Assembly (NCBI GenBank): GCA_043228905.1
Contig: JBHGNT010000011.1
Span: 11,160,001 to 11,224,000 of the forward strand
Reading direction: 5' to 3'
DNA from: Azolla caroliniana
Taxonomy: Eukaryota; Plantae; Polypodiophyta
DNA: 64,000 bases
Below the pieces are notes generated by a model. It saw only the letters and a program-made list of their open reading frames with translations, ran no database searches and was not told the origin of the DNA. The position numbers and the translations under genes are program-made. This document shows, one piece after another, positions 34,256 to 46,564 of the stretch (positions are counted from its first letter, which is position 1; each line of letters starts with the position of its first letter).

Positions 34256-37200
34256 TGTTGACAACAAGTGCGTTTTGCGAAAACGTGTATGGATCTATTG
34301 TCCATTATGAACAACAAACAACGCAAATAGAAAATAGAATAGGCAAAAACTTACATAGAGTCAACTTTAATGGAAAGCTTTATTCCTTCGTTCTCACAGA
34401 GATACAATACACAGAACAGTCAATCAGTTCTTCGTCTCTCTTCCTCTCGTCATTCTATACAATGTTAGGTATTCGCTTATATACTAAGCCCTAACTTATT
34501 AACGAGTTCACACTCAGACGAATACAACTTGGAAGGAGTCGGCCTTTTATGCCAACAAACTCCCCCGTAAAAGGACCACTCTTTCTTGCATGTACAAGTA
34601 TTTGGGGTTATCTCCCCCGTAAGCCTAGATTACAAAATTGAACTAAGTTTTATGTTACAAGTCTGTCTGCAAGTAGCCGAGTTGGTAGAGGTATAGTATG
34701 AGTGTCGATCAGCTCTTACCTGCTTCTCCTTGTTCGTCTTTCTTCTACTCGGTCGCTTGTCATAGTCCCATCTTCGTCCTTAGTGTTCTGAAGTGTTGAT
34801 CTAGGAGTGGCTTCATCAGGCAATCGACGATGTTCACCTCGGTGTCGATCTTCCGGACTTCGAGTTTCTTTTCGTTTACAAGCTCCCGAATGTGATGATA
34901 CCGCACCTCAATGTGCTTCATCTTCATAGGATAAACGGGATTGTTGATGAGGTGTATTGCGCTCTGTGAGTCGCAGTAAATGGTTGACGCTAGTCGGTCG
35001 TTTCGGCTTGCAGTTCCGAAGTCGGCAGTCAGTCAGTGCAGCCAGATCATTTCCTTCGCTGCTTCTGATGTTGCATGTACTCGGCTTCTGTGGTAGACAG
35101 AGCCTTGCACTCTTGAAATTTCGACCTCCATGATATCGCACCACCACCATAGGTGAAGATGTAGCCTGATGTCGATTTCCGATTATCTGTATTTCCGGCA
35201 TAGTCGGAATCGGTGTAGCCTTCGACTTCGGCTAGGGTTGTCAGTCCAAAAGTCAGTTGTGCATCCAAGGTTCCTTTCAGATACCTAAGGATGTGCTTGA
35301 CGGCCTCCCAATGCTTCTTTCCTGGGTTTGACATGTACCGGTTGACCACCCCTACGGCATAGGCTAGGTCAGGTTGGGTTGCCACCATTGCGTACATGAT
35401 ACTTCCTATAGCCGATGAGTAGGGTATCTTTCCATTAAGCTCTCTCTCCTTGTCCGTTGAAGGAGAGTCTCTGTCTGATAGTCTGATCGACGCCGAAAGC
35501 GGTGTCGGTGCTAGCTTCGCATTCTCCATGTTGAGGCGCTTCAGCACCTTGCGGATGTATTCAGACTGGAGAGTCGGAGAGTTTTGGTCGTCCAATTTCG
35601 CTCTATCCTCATGCCCAGTATGTGTTAGGCTTGTCCGAGTTCCTTCATCGCGAACTTTGCGTGAAGCTCCGCTTCAGCTTACCGATCTCTGCTTGATTGC
35701 TCCTTGCAATCAACATGTCATCCACATATAGGATCAGGTAGATCCTAGACTCGTCGGCCAGTTGCCGAACATACATGCATGGGTCGGAGTCTAATTTTTT
35801 GTATCCAAGTTGCCATATGTAGGAGTCAAACTTCTGGTACCACATTCTCGGTGCTTGTTTGAGGCCATATAGAATTTTCTTTAGTCGACATACGAGGTGA
35901 CTGTCCTCCCCCGTCGCCGTGAAGCCTGCAGGTTGAGACATGTATATGTCTTCTTCCAGATCTCCGTGTAGGAATGTCGTCATTACGTCCATCTATTTGA
36001 GCTCTAGATCTTCTGTCGCCATGACTCCTAGTAGGAGTCGGAGGGTGGTCATCTTGAGTACTGGTGAGAATATCTCGTCGTAGTCAACCCCGTATTCCTG
36101 TTTGAATCCTTTCGCGATAAGCCGAGCTTTGTACATGGATTTCTCTGAGTCCGATACATACTTGTATAGGAAAACCCATTTGCAGGGTAGCACCTTTCTT
36201 CCTGCTAGTAGTTCGACCAGCTCCCATGTCTGATTCTGGTGAATCGAGTCCATTTTGGATTTCAAGGCTTGTAGCCATGTTTCGGCGTCCGGTGCGGGCA
36301 TAGCTTCTTCATACGTGCTTAGTTCGCCTGCATCCGTGTAGTTAACATAGTCGAGGCCCAGTTGATAGAACTTTGTTTGCCTTCGAGCTCGTCTAGATCT
36401 CCTGGGTGCCGAGATGTTTGGTTCAGATCCTTCGATCAGCTATGTTGGTCGATCGGTATTAGTTGAACCATCTGTATCAGGAGTCTCGTTAGGTTTCCCG
36501 CCCCCAGATTGGGATTTCGATGGTGTTTGGTTATCCTCCCATGTGGTTGTCGTCAACTCTTTTCTGACTTGTCTCTTGGTGACTTTGCCTTTATCGATCC
36601 TTGTCGATTCAGCTGTGTCTTTGATGACTTTCTCTTTGAGTTCAACGATAGGACTTGTTGCCAATTCAGTGTCGGAAGGGAAGTTGTCAGCTTGTTGGAG
36701 TCCGATTGTTTGTCGAGTCTCCAATTCGGCCCGGTGAGTTGGTCCTCTACAACAGTGTTGTCATCTTTGAAGGATACTTTCTTACCAACTGTTTTCTGTT
36801 GGTTCCGCTTAGAGAAGATAGAGTCTTCATTGAAGACTACGTCGCTGCTCCGGATCAATTTCCGGTTCTCAAGGTCCCACAACAGTAGTCGAAGTCCCCA
36901 TCGGTTCCATAATTGAGAAATATGCACTTTGTTGCATGAGGTGCTAACTTTGTCCTTTTGTCCCTGGGGATGAATGCGTAGGCTTCGCATCCGAATTTAC
37001 GGGGCCTATCGTAGCTTGGTTGTTTGCTTGACCATACTGCATGTGGCACTTCGAGCCTGATTGCTCTTGACAATGGAGATTTATCAAGTACATTGTCGTC
37101 TGCAATGCCTCAGCCCAGACTTCCAGCTTCAGTCCGACTTGCTGGAGCATTGCCATCACCCTCTCTTGGATCGTCCTATTGATCCGTTCTGCCACTCCAT

Positions 37201-38937
37201 TTTGCATGGGTGTGTAGGGAATGGTCTTTTGGTGTCAAATCCCTTTTCTGCACATGTACTGTTTAAAGGCTTAGGAGGTGTACTCACCTCCATTGTCGGA
37301 TCGGAATGTCTTCACTCTATATACTAACCGGTTCTCCACTTCAGATATCCATCAAGTGAAGACCTCGAGCGCTTCATCTTTGGACTTGATGGAGTATGCC
37401 CAAACTTTCTGTGTACAGTCATCTACGAATGTGATGAAATACCGGGAGCCTCCTAGTGATCGCTCTGGCATGGGCCCACATATGTATGTGTGCACGAGCT
37501 CTAGGGGCTGTCGTACTGTCTCGTAGTGGAGAGAGTGCGGACTTCGGGTCTGTTTCCCATATCAACAATGCTCGCAAGAGTTTCGGGATGTAGCCAACCG
37601 ACATCAGCCGATCAAGTCCGGCTTGTGACATATGGCCAAGTCGACCATGCCATAGGTTTGGGTCGGTCTTTTCGGCTATGTTCACGGCCCCTTCAGGGTT
37701 GATCGCCATCAATGGGTACGTCCCTGATTCTACTCGGATCACCAACCACTCTCTTTTCTCTTTATTGACCAGCAGTTAGAAATATTGTGGCCAGCTTTCC
37801 TGCAATGTGTGCAGTACTCGCTTGATTGGCCTGTTTTCGACTTCGACCGTTGTCGGTCTCCCCTCATTTTCGATCGGCTATAGCGTTGACCTGTTCTATT
37901 GGCTTGTTCTTTCATTCGACTCTGTCGGTTGTACTTAGTCGATTGATGGGCTTCTGCCGATTCATCGATGGTTAGTCCCATCGATTTTCGCCGAATGTCC
38001 CCTGTGAGGACTTGGCCGATTGTTTCGTCCAGATTCAGGATCGGTCAGCTATTGGCGTATGTCGTGCAGAATACCTCCCAACTCACCGGCAAGCTCGATA
38101 GGAGGGCAAGGGCTTTCACTTCTTCTTCGAAGTTGATCCCTTGTGACGAGAGCTCTGACAACACCCGGCTGAAGGTGTTTATGTGGGAGGTTGTTGGATC
38201 GGTCTCTCTCATCTTCATGTTGAACAGTTGTTTGATCAAAATCAATTTCGAAGATGAGGACTTCATTTCATAAACGGCATGTAGTTTCTCCCACAATCAG
38301 AATGTTGACGTCTCTTTCGCCATGCTGAAATAGACGTTTTCGGATGGTGGAGCGTGCGATTTTGTCCATTGATCTCCACTCATCGTTTTTCATTGAGGCA
38401 AGTTTTTCGCTATGCCTAATGGCTTTGACCTGCCTTCGAATGATCAGCACATCCTACATCATCTCCATCTACAAGGCAAAAAAAATTCCGTCGAATTTTC
38501 TGATTTCAACTCTTGTTCCAGATGTTGAAGCCATATTCTTTTTGTGAACTTGAGATTTCTGACCTAGTCTTTTCTTTCAGCTTCTTCTTCTGTTGTCTGT
38601 TGTTGTCAAACAGCAAGGCAAGCTCTGATACCAGTTGTTGACAACGAGTGCGTTTTGCGGGAACGTGTATGGATCTATTGTCCATTATGAACAGCAAACA
38701 ACGCAGACAAAAAATAGAATAGGCAGAGACTTACAGAAAGTCAGCTTTAATGGAAAACTTTATTCCTTCGTTCTCACAGAGATACAATACACAGAACAAT
38801 CAATCTGTTCTTCTTCTCTCTTCCTCTCGTCATTCTATATAATGTTAGGTATTCGCTTATATACTAAGCCCTAACTTATTGACGAGTTCACACTCGGACG
38901 GATACAACTTGGAAGGAGTCGGCCTTTTATGCCAACA
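34256..38937 (-). mobile_element. Ty1/Copia retrotransposon H inserted in Copia G RT
   Basis: 302-bp LTRs 34256-34557 and 38636-38937; TSD GATTC (34251-34255/38938-38942); PBS TGGTATCAGAGCT 38621-38633; PPT 34558-34570; gag, INT, RT (LYVDD) and RH motifs; protease region missing. Confidence 0.94.
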
Positions 38938-41900
38938 GATTCCATCTCGTCTTGCATGGCGCTCAACCACTTTTGGGTGTGGGTATCCCTCTTTGCTTCC
39001 TCCAAGCTTTCCGGCTCCCTCTCATCAGTTAACAACACATACTCCCTATCCGAAAATCTCCGGGGGGGCTTTCTTTCTCTAAGAGGCTATCTTTTGCCTC
39101 CATTCGACGCAATCAACTCCTGTTCGACTTCTTTAGTCGGCTCTTCATTTGAGTCGGATTTGGATCCTTGTTCAACCAACTGTCTTCTTTCGACTGGTTC
39201 CCCTTATTCCTCAATCAGTTCCTGACTTTGCCAACTATCTATTCGGCTAATTGGTTCATATCCAACTTTGGTCGGGTTGACTAATGTTCGATTCAACCGA
39301 TCATCAACTCAGCTTGAATTGATAACTGGAACCCTATTCTCGGTCGACTGGGAGGTTGAGCCTGTCTTCTTCATCTCCTAGTCGGCAATCATCTTTTCTT
39401 CCATGAAGACGATATCTCGGCTCCTAATCACCTTCTTGTCAATTAGGTCCCACATGCGATACCCGAATTTGTCTTCACCGTAGCCGAGAAATAGACATCG
39501 TTGGCTTTGGGATCATGTTTCCCCCTCTGGTCCTTAGCTACATGCGCATAGGCTAGGCAACCGAACACCCTCATATGCTGGTATGGCACCTCCTTGTCGA
39601 ACCACACCCTTTGTAGTATGTCACCTTCCAATGGTACCAAGGGAGACCAGTTTATAACATAAGAAGTTGTCATCAACACCTCGGCCCATCATACTTCAAA
39701 ATCTTTCCATAATATTCTGATCCATTCTTTCAGCTAGCCCATTTAGTTCCCACATCTTCGGCACGATGTACTCTAGCTCAATACCTTGCAATCTACAATA
39801 CTCTTCAAACTGCCCTCTGTATTCGTCTCCATTATCACTTTGGATAGCTTTCAACTTCTGTCTAGATTCCCTTTTGGTTCTCGCTTGAAACTCGTTGAAG
39901 ACGGACAACACTTGGCCCTTTGTCTTCAGCACGGAAACCCACAACTTCTGGCTATAGTCATCTATGAGGTTCACAAAGTATTGTGCACTGCCATGTGACT
40001 TTGCATCAACTTGGCACACATCCATATGCACAAGTTCTAGATAGTTCTTCCTCCTCATCAGAGGCCTAGGGTGAAAGGCATCCCTGTTCTGTTTTCCATT
40101 CAAGCAACCGACACATTTAATCAGATGCACTTTCTTCACCTCTAGCAAGAGTTCTTTTTTGGCTAGCATCTACATACCCTTTTGACTCATGTGGCATAGC
40201 CTCTTATGCCATAACTCACTGGTTGTGTCAGCTGCCACGTTTACCTCGTTTCAGCATAGTCGTGCATGCAACTCATATATGTATTTTGCTTCTTGGCCCG
40301 AGCCACAATCAGACTCCCTCCGCAGAATTTCCAACTTCCATCTTGAAAGCTACCACAATATCCTTCGTCGTCAAGTCATTCGGCTGATATTAGATTCAGT
40401 CTAATATCTTATACATGACGTACATCCTTGAGTACCATTTTGCAACCTGTCAATGTCAGCAAACATACGTTGCAGATTCCGACAATCTTGCATGCTCCAT
40501 CATTCCCCATCTTCATCTAGCTGTAGTCGCTGGTCGTATATGATGAGAAGCATTCTCTGTTGGGGGTCAGGTGAAACGATGCACCGGAATTGACCACCCA
40601 TGTTGATTCTTCGCCGGCGAGGTTTTCTTCATTTTGCTCACAGATAAACAATAGCTCCTTCTCCCTCACGGCAATGGTTGAGGTGTTCTTGTTGTTCAGA
40701 ATCTTCTTCGGCTCAACACCATCAGTTCCCCCTTTATCCTTCTGGTAGTGTTGACAATTCTTCTAGAAGTTTCTTGGCTTCCCACAGTAGAAGCACGTGG
40801 TCCTTCCCTTCGACTTTGACCTCGGTCTGGACTAGTCCAAGTTCTGGGGACTTCTATTTTGGCCTTTTCCTTGGTTGATGTCCCCTTTTGTGACTAAGGC
40901 CTTCAGGTCGGAAATGGACTATTTGTCCTTCTGGTGAGCTTCCTCAATCAACAAGCTTGATTCACTGTCTCTAGGGATAAGTGCTTTCCTTCCGGTCTGG
41001 TGTTGCCTAATGTGACAACAAGCGTTTCCCAGCTATGTGGAAGGGATCCCAACAACAATATCACCAATACCTCATCGACAAGATGTACTTCTAGAGAGGT
41101 AGTCTTGTTTATCCGTCCCTGAAAGGCATTTAGTGCTCTGCCATGTTGCAGCCATCCTGATACCGGAGTCTCACAATCTTCCGGAATACTGAGACTGTTG
41201 ACGACATTTTTGTTCTCCAACATTATGCCGATCTTTTTCTTGAGAACTTCTACATATGTCTCCTCATTGAAGTTGTTGTATAGACTCATGTCTATAAAAC
41301 ACCTTATGTATGTGGCCGCCTTCAGATGCATGACTTCCCAAATCGATGCATCAATCTTGACTGGCTTGGTCTTGCTATATTGCACCAACAACCATAAGTC
41401 TTTGCACAACAACACATTGTCTCACATCTTTGACTTCCACACAAAGTAGTTGGAGCCGGTTAACTTGAACATTCCACCAAAATGTTCGTCCATCCCTTTG
41501 ATACCAGTTTGTCTAGGATACTACTGGCCACAACCGGTTGACACTACACAAACAAACAGAAATAGAAATATAGATACACATGTATTTTAACATGGAAAAA
41601 CCTGCAAGGGAAAAACCATGGGGAGTCCACAAAATCCCAAAATGAATCACTATGATGGGAGGAATACAACCAGAAGCTTCAAGGCAATGACCTTGAGCTC
41701 TTCTTCGTCACAAATGGCTATAGAGATACTCACACTCTCTCTCACTCTAGTTATAGAGGCAACCACAAATAGTAACTATTCAACAATGATCATCATCATC
41801 ACTTAATTACTTTCCCTAACTATATTTATAAAATTATACTCATATACATATAAAACACGTTCGCGTTCATAAGTGGAAGGATCGCACAAAAATGCAAGGA

Positions 41901-42366
41901 TAAGGAATATTCCTTCTAATTTTGGGGTTTAGGTACTCTATTCACAAAACATAATGATACCCATATCACATGTTCTCAAAAAACCGTTGGAAAAACTCAA
42001 AAATTCATCATTTCCTAAACTTGAAAAAACGCTAAAATTATGCTATAATCAAAATGGTACAATGTTCACTATCACTAAGAAGTCAAGAAGTAATGTATTT
42101 TATAACAAACAATGTTTGTACAAAGCAATAATATTTCTAAACATAACTTTTACATCTTTCGAGTATTACAAATGGCACTCTCTTACAATAGATACTAAAA
42201 TTACATTGACGAGTGTAACATTTACAAAAATCACTCGTATCATGATCCAGAGTCGCTACTATAACTAATATACAATGCGGCTTGTTCCTCGTCATCTTCG
42301 GATGTCATCTTCATCTAAAACTAGATGTTGACATTCCATGTTATGTGTTGACAATCTTGTTTGCCT

Positions 42367-43820
42367 TCAACTTGAGACCCCTTGTAGAATAGGTAATTTC
42401 TCCTTGATGATATCTATTGTAGACTTCTTGAGACGTCCAGCTTTTGTTAGTGTGAAGTCGTAAACAATAATATCTACGTCACCAATGTCTAGGCATGAAG
42501 TGCTACGAATATTTCTTTTCCTCTTTCTATTCCTCCTTGACCGTGGACATTCCATCATCTCTAATGCATACTTGCCGGTAAAGGCTTTTTTGCTTCTAGT
42601 GTTGTACCAATGCACCTTTATAGACTGGATTTGGCTTTGGTTCTCATGCATCACCACATCTAAAACCTTACCAATCCAAAATTGATGTCCCAACTCATTA
42701 TCATCACCAAGTGTAGCAATTAACATACCCACCTTCAATTCTTACAAGTTTCCTTGCCACCTCGTTTCCGTTATTTTCCTCAGCTTGGGTCCAACATATA
42801 TGCCCCTTTGTGGTGGATGGAGCACGCTATCATTAATCGCATTAGGTGCATGAGGAGAAGTATGAGAATTACGACACTGTTGTATATTCCATGTGAAGGG
42901 GATTTGCACGGTCCAAGTACCAAGGACACAATTGTCAACATTTTGTTCTTGATCTGTAAAGAACACATCCCAGCATGATGTGTCTTGTTCCCCAGCATAC
43001 TTCTTCGCATTATCAATGAGCTTGCGTTTGTCTTGTAGCGCTTGCATTCAAACGTCCTTTTGATTATCAGCTAGTACATTGGTGACCACTTTTTTAGTCT
43101 CAATCAGCATTTGTCCTGCACCATAAACAAAAGTAGAAGGCATATGAAGTAGAAACTGACACCTGCCTTTAGGCTCCCATTTGGGGGAGGATGAATATTG
43201 CTTTGCATATAATAATGTACAGCCACTAGAATCTTCTTTTTTTTATTAAGAATACGTGGTTGAAACTTATATTATTTAATGTCATTAACACTTTGGCATT
43301 TTGCTCTCCACCATCTGAGATGTATCTCTTGAAATCATATATTTTCTTCAAGTGTTCCACAATTGGGCATGGCGTATATGCATCACGAATGATGTCAAAC
43401 AACTTAGGTAACGTGAAAGCATCATATCGTGATAACTGCCTAGAGAAGTTATTGAACATTTGATCGATATGATCATGTGTGTGGCCAACCAATAGAAAGT
43501 TAACTTTCATTTTCCTAAAAATTCCTTGGTTCACTAGCATACTTAGATAACCAAAGACCGTAGAATTTTTGTTTTCACAAGCAATATTGTCAAGTTGAAT
43601 GTATAAAGCCGGCGGCAAAGACTGCCCCCAAGACATAAAAACTTTTTGAATCACAATGACTGTTAAATTAGGGTCATTATGGACATTTGGGTAGGTAACG
43701 AAGACATGAGGCTTAACACTTCCATTATACGCTAAACAACCCACCAAGTGCATCTACACGAGACAGTCATCGTTGACATCTTTAGGAAGACGTTTAAGAT
43801 GAGGTAGACACGTCTTCTCC
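42367..43820 (-). pseudogene. Sola1/DUF7869-like DDE transposase, N-terminus missing, with a C-terminal beta-rich domain
   Basis: EKTCLPHLKRLPK..MHLVGCL..NDPNLTV..LYIQLDNIACENKN..FLLVGHTHDHIDQMF; continues through a frameshift and stops into ORFs 42742-43047 and 42367-42738. Confidence 0.75.
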
Positions 43821-43839
43821 TTCTCTGTCGTTGTCTCTG

Positions 43840-44035
43840 TACGCCATATCGAGCTCTTATTTAGCTCCTAACGCCATAACTCGATACGCCGTATCAAGTT
43901 GAGACTCCCAAATTGATACGGCGAGTTGAGGCTCCTAACGCTAGAAGTCGATACGTCGTACCGAGTTGTGACCCCCAACTCGATACGCCATATCAAGTTG
44001 AGGCTCTTAACGCCACAACTCGATACGGCGTTGTC
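43840..44035. repeat. Array of 23-bp palindromes AACTCGATACG-N-CGTATCGAGTT (~33-40-bp period); one more copy at 44946-44968
   Basis: Copies at 43878-43900, 43945-43967 and 43977-43999, partial ones at ~43840, ~43910 and 44017; recurring spacer GAGGCTCCTAACGCCA. Confidence 0.85.
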
Positions 44036-44068
44036 GTAGTGTAATTCGCACACTACATGAAAATTGCA

Positions 44069-44325
44069 TTTTGGTCCTTCCGAATGGGACAAGGAGGAAT
44101 CGGCAAGAAAGACCCAGTGTGAACCGGATGAAGGATGGAATCGGCAAGAAAGACCCGGATGGAATCGGTAAGGAGGAACCGGTGAGAACCGGATGAAGGA
44201 TGGAATCGGCAAGGAGGAACCGATAAGGAGACCCGGTAAGAACCGGATCAAGCAGAACCGGCAAGAGCCGGATAAAGAAGGCCAGTGGAGTCTCTCACCG
44301 GATGAAGAGACAAATTTGTAAATAG
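44069..44325 (+). repeat. Fragment of a Copia C/E-family LTR U3 inside the TIR element
   Basis: GGTCCTTCCGAATGGG..(GAGAACCGGATGA)n..CTCTCACCGGATGAAGAGACAAATTTGTAAATA parallels 29822-29995 and 2529-2818. Confidence 0.75.
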
Positions 44326-44344
44326 AAGAAAAGATTGTTACATG

Positions 44345-44412
44345 CATAGGGCAAGATTCGAACCTTGTACCTCCATGTTAACGAATTTATAAGCCTTACC
44401 ACTATACTAGCA
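44345..44412 (-). other. tRNA-like/SINE-head remnant with Pol III A and B boxes
   Basis: Minus strand TAGTATAGTGGTAAGG (A box) ... GGTTCGAATC (B box) at tRNA-like spacing; no complete cloverleaf. Confidence 0.5.
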
Positions 44413-45686
44413 TGTTATGAATTGTAAAGTTATACTAAACTTTATCCCATGCAAATATTCTAGATATGCATGGTACAAAAAGTTACTCATGCATACACAC
44501 TCGAGTTAAAAGAAAAGATGGGATAGAAAGTTAATCATGCACATGCAATGTGCATGAAAACTAAAGTTAGAAAAAGCATGATGCTTGCATGTGATAAATT
44601 AGGACTCTCTCATCACTATATAAGGATGGGGAGCTCAATGTAATAGGTGTGTGAAATACTTGGAAATTGGATATATTTCCGAAAACACCAACCAATTAAT
44701 ATATCGTGGGATTCACGAAGTTTTATATAATCTATCTCTTCTAATCTATGATAAATTGTAATTAGGATTCTAAATAGTAATAAATCTAATAATCTGTACT
44801 TGTGGGATTCACAAGTTTCTATATCTCTTTCTTGTAATCTACTCATAACTAGATTAGCCTCAAATTCTTCCTCCTCCTAGTCCAAAACCTCGGCGGTTCC
44901 CACCCAACTCACGCAACGATCTGGCACCGAAAGGCACGACAACGTAACTCGATACACCGTATTGAGTTCAGGGTCATAGAGCCACTAGGGCAGTTAGACC
45001 ACACTATTAATGTACATTACACCATCAGAAACACGAAAGCAAACATTAGGCTAAAAATAAGAAGTAAAAACATGTTTAGAAATTCTGAATTAAGGTCAAA
45101 ATACAATCGAATTTGTCCTGCAATCTGAGATCTAGACACTGATGGGGATGTCAAATTTCTAGTAATTTGAGGGTTTAGAGAACTCAGAGACGTTAGATAT
45201 ACATTTATATTGCCCTATAATCAAGTTCCTAGGTTTATAACCCTGTTTCCCCCATCCTACAAGTCCTTTACACCACTTACTAGGAATGTGCTTATTGTAA
45301 CACTGAAATGAGGCCAAAACATTACTGGATTGCTAATTTGGCACACCATAACACCTTCATTTACTAGGAATGTGCATACTGTAAGACTAAAGTGAGGCCA
45401 AAACATTACCATACCACCTTACTACCTTACTACCATTGCCAGTTAGGAGGATATAGGTTTAGGTTTCACTATTCCACTATCTGAACTCCCTTTCCAGTGC
45501 CTCTTACTAGGTTTTTGACCTTATTACTACACCCTTTAAGTAGGTCCCTTACACAAGTTGTTAGGCAAGAGCTTAATGAGGCCAAGCTATTTTTTGAATT
45601 CTCATTTTCCAAACCTTACCATCTTACAATACATTATCATTTGAGAGAATGTAGGTTTAGGTTCACTATTCTATTATTTCATGTAG

Positions 45687-46564
45687 GTCGACTAATCCTA
45701 TGGAGGAGAGGCCACTCAAAAATTCAGATTAAGTATCAAAGCTCTCCTCCAGAGACAACAAAGATCCCTATTGTCACGTATCCGCAAAAGGGAAAGAAAC
45801 TCATGTTTGAGGATGAAGTCGTGAGGTAGCCGTCTGACGAAGTTAGTCAGAAGACATCTGTCACGGCTGGAGGAGGTGAAGACCAGCTGGACAGAGACTT
45901 AATTGGACACGAGTGGGCATTGCAATATGTCAACTCGAAAAAGAAGGTAGTACTCTTAGTTTCCAGACTGGCTGGATGTGCGATGCTTGCCCAAGATCGG
46001 CCATTTAACTATGGCAAAATTTTGCGGCTTGACTATGAAGATGTGGACTCAACTAATTTGATTGTGTTAGTCAACTGTACAAAAGGAGTTCATAAGATGA
46101 CCGTCTCCGAAGACTACTTGTTGAAAGATTCATGCGGGCCAGAATCCTTCCGGAATGCTATTGAGACAAGTACCAACCTGATAACAACATTGAGGCCATA
46201 CATTCAAGGCCATGTTAATTTGAAGGCAGCCTCTTTATCACCTGTTAAAGCACCAATAAAGAAATATGTTGTGCAGTCCAGGCCTCAAAAAAAGAAGGTG
46301 ACAAGAATGTTAGATTTTGAGTCATCGAGTTCAACAGAAGATGATGAGGCTCGATCTACACTAGGAGCAGAGCTTGTGTCTGGTGTGTTGTCATCAGAAC
46401 AAAATAAAATAAGAAGGGACATCATCCATAGAAAGCTTGTGCGTAAGGGGCAAGTTTTTAACCTTCCGATAACCCAAATCCATCACCTCCCTTTGGATGA
46501 GAATACAGGACGTCGTCCTTTAGAGATCAAAGAACCACATAAGATGCACATCCAAAACTTATAG
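45687..46564 (+). pseudogene. Second, divergently oriented ORF of the TIR element; unknown protein, likely 3'-truncated
   Basis: ~290 codons in one frame with a single TAG (45827-45829), starting after a splice-acceptor-like TTCTATTATTTCATGTAG; coding-like composition inside AT-rich DNA. Confidence 0.6.

Noticed and set aside
43840-44035. CRISPR-like array
   Set aside because: Spacers are short and themselves repeated, there are no cas genes, and the context is a eukaryotic TE.
44345-44412. Functional tRNA gene
   Set aside because: A and B boxes are present but the acceptor, anticodon and T stems do not pair properly.
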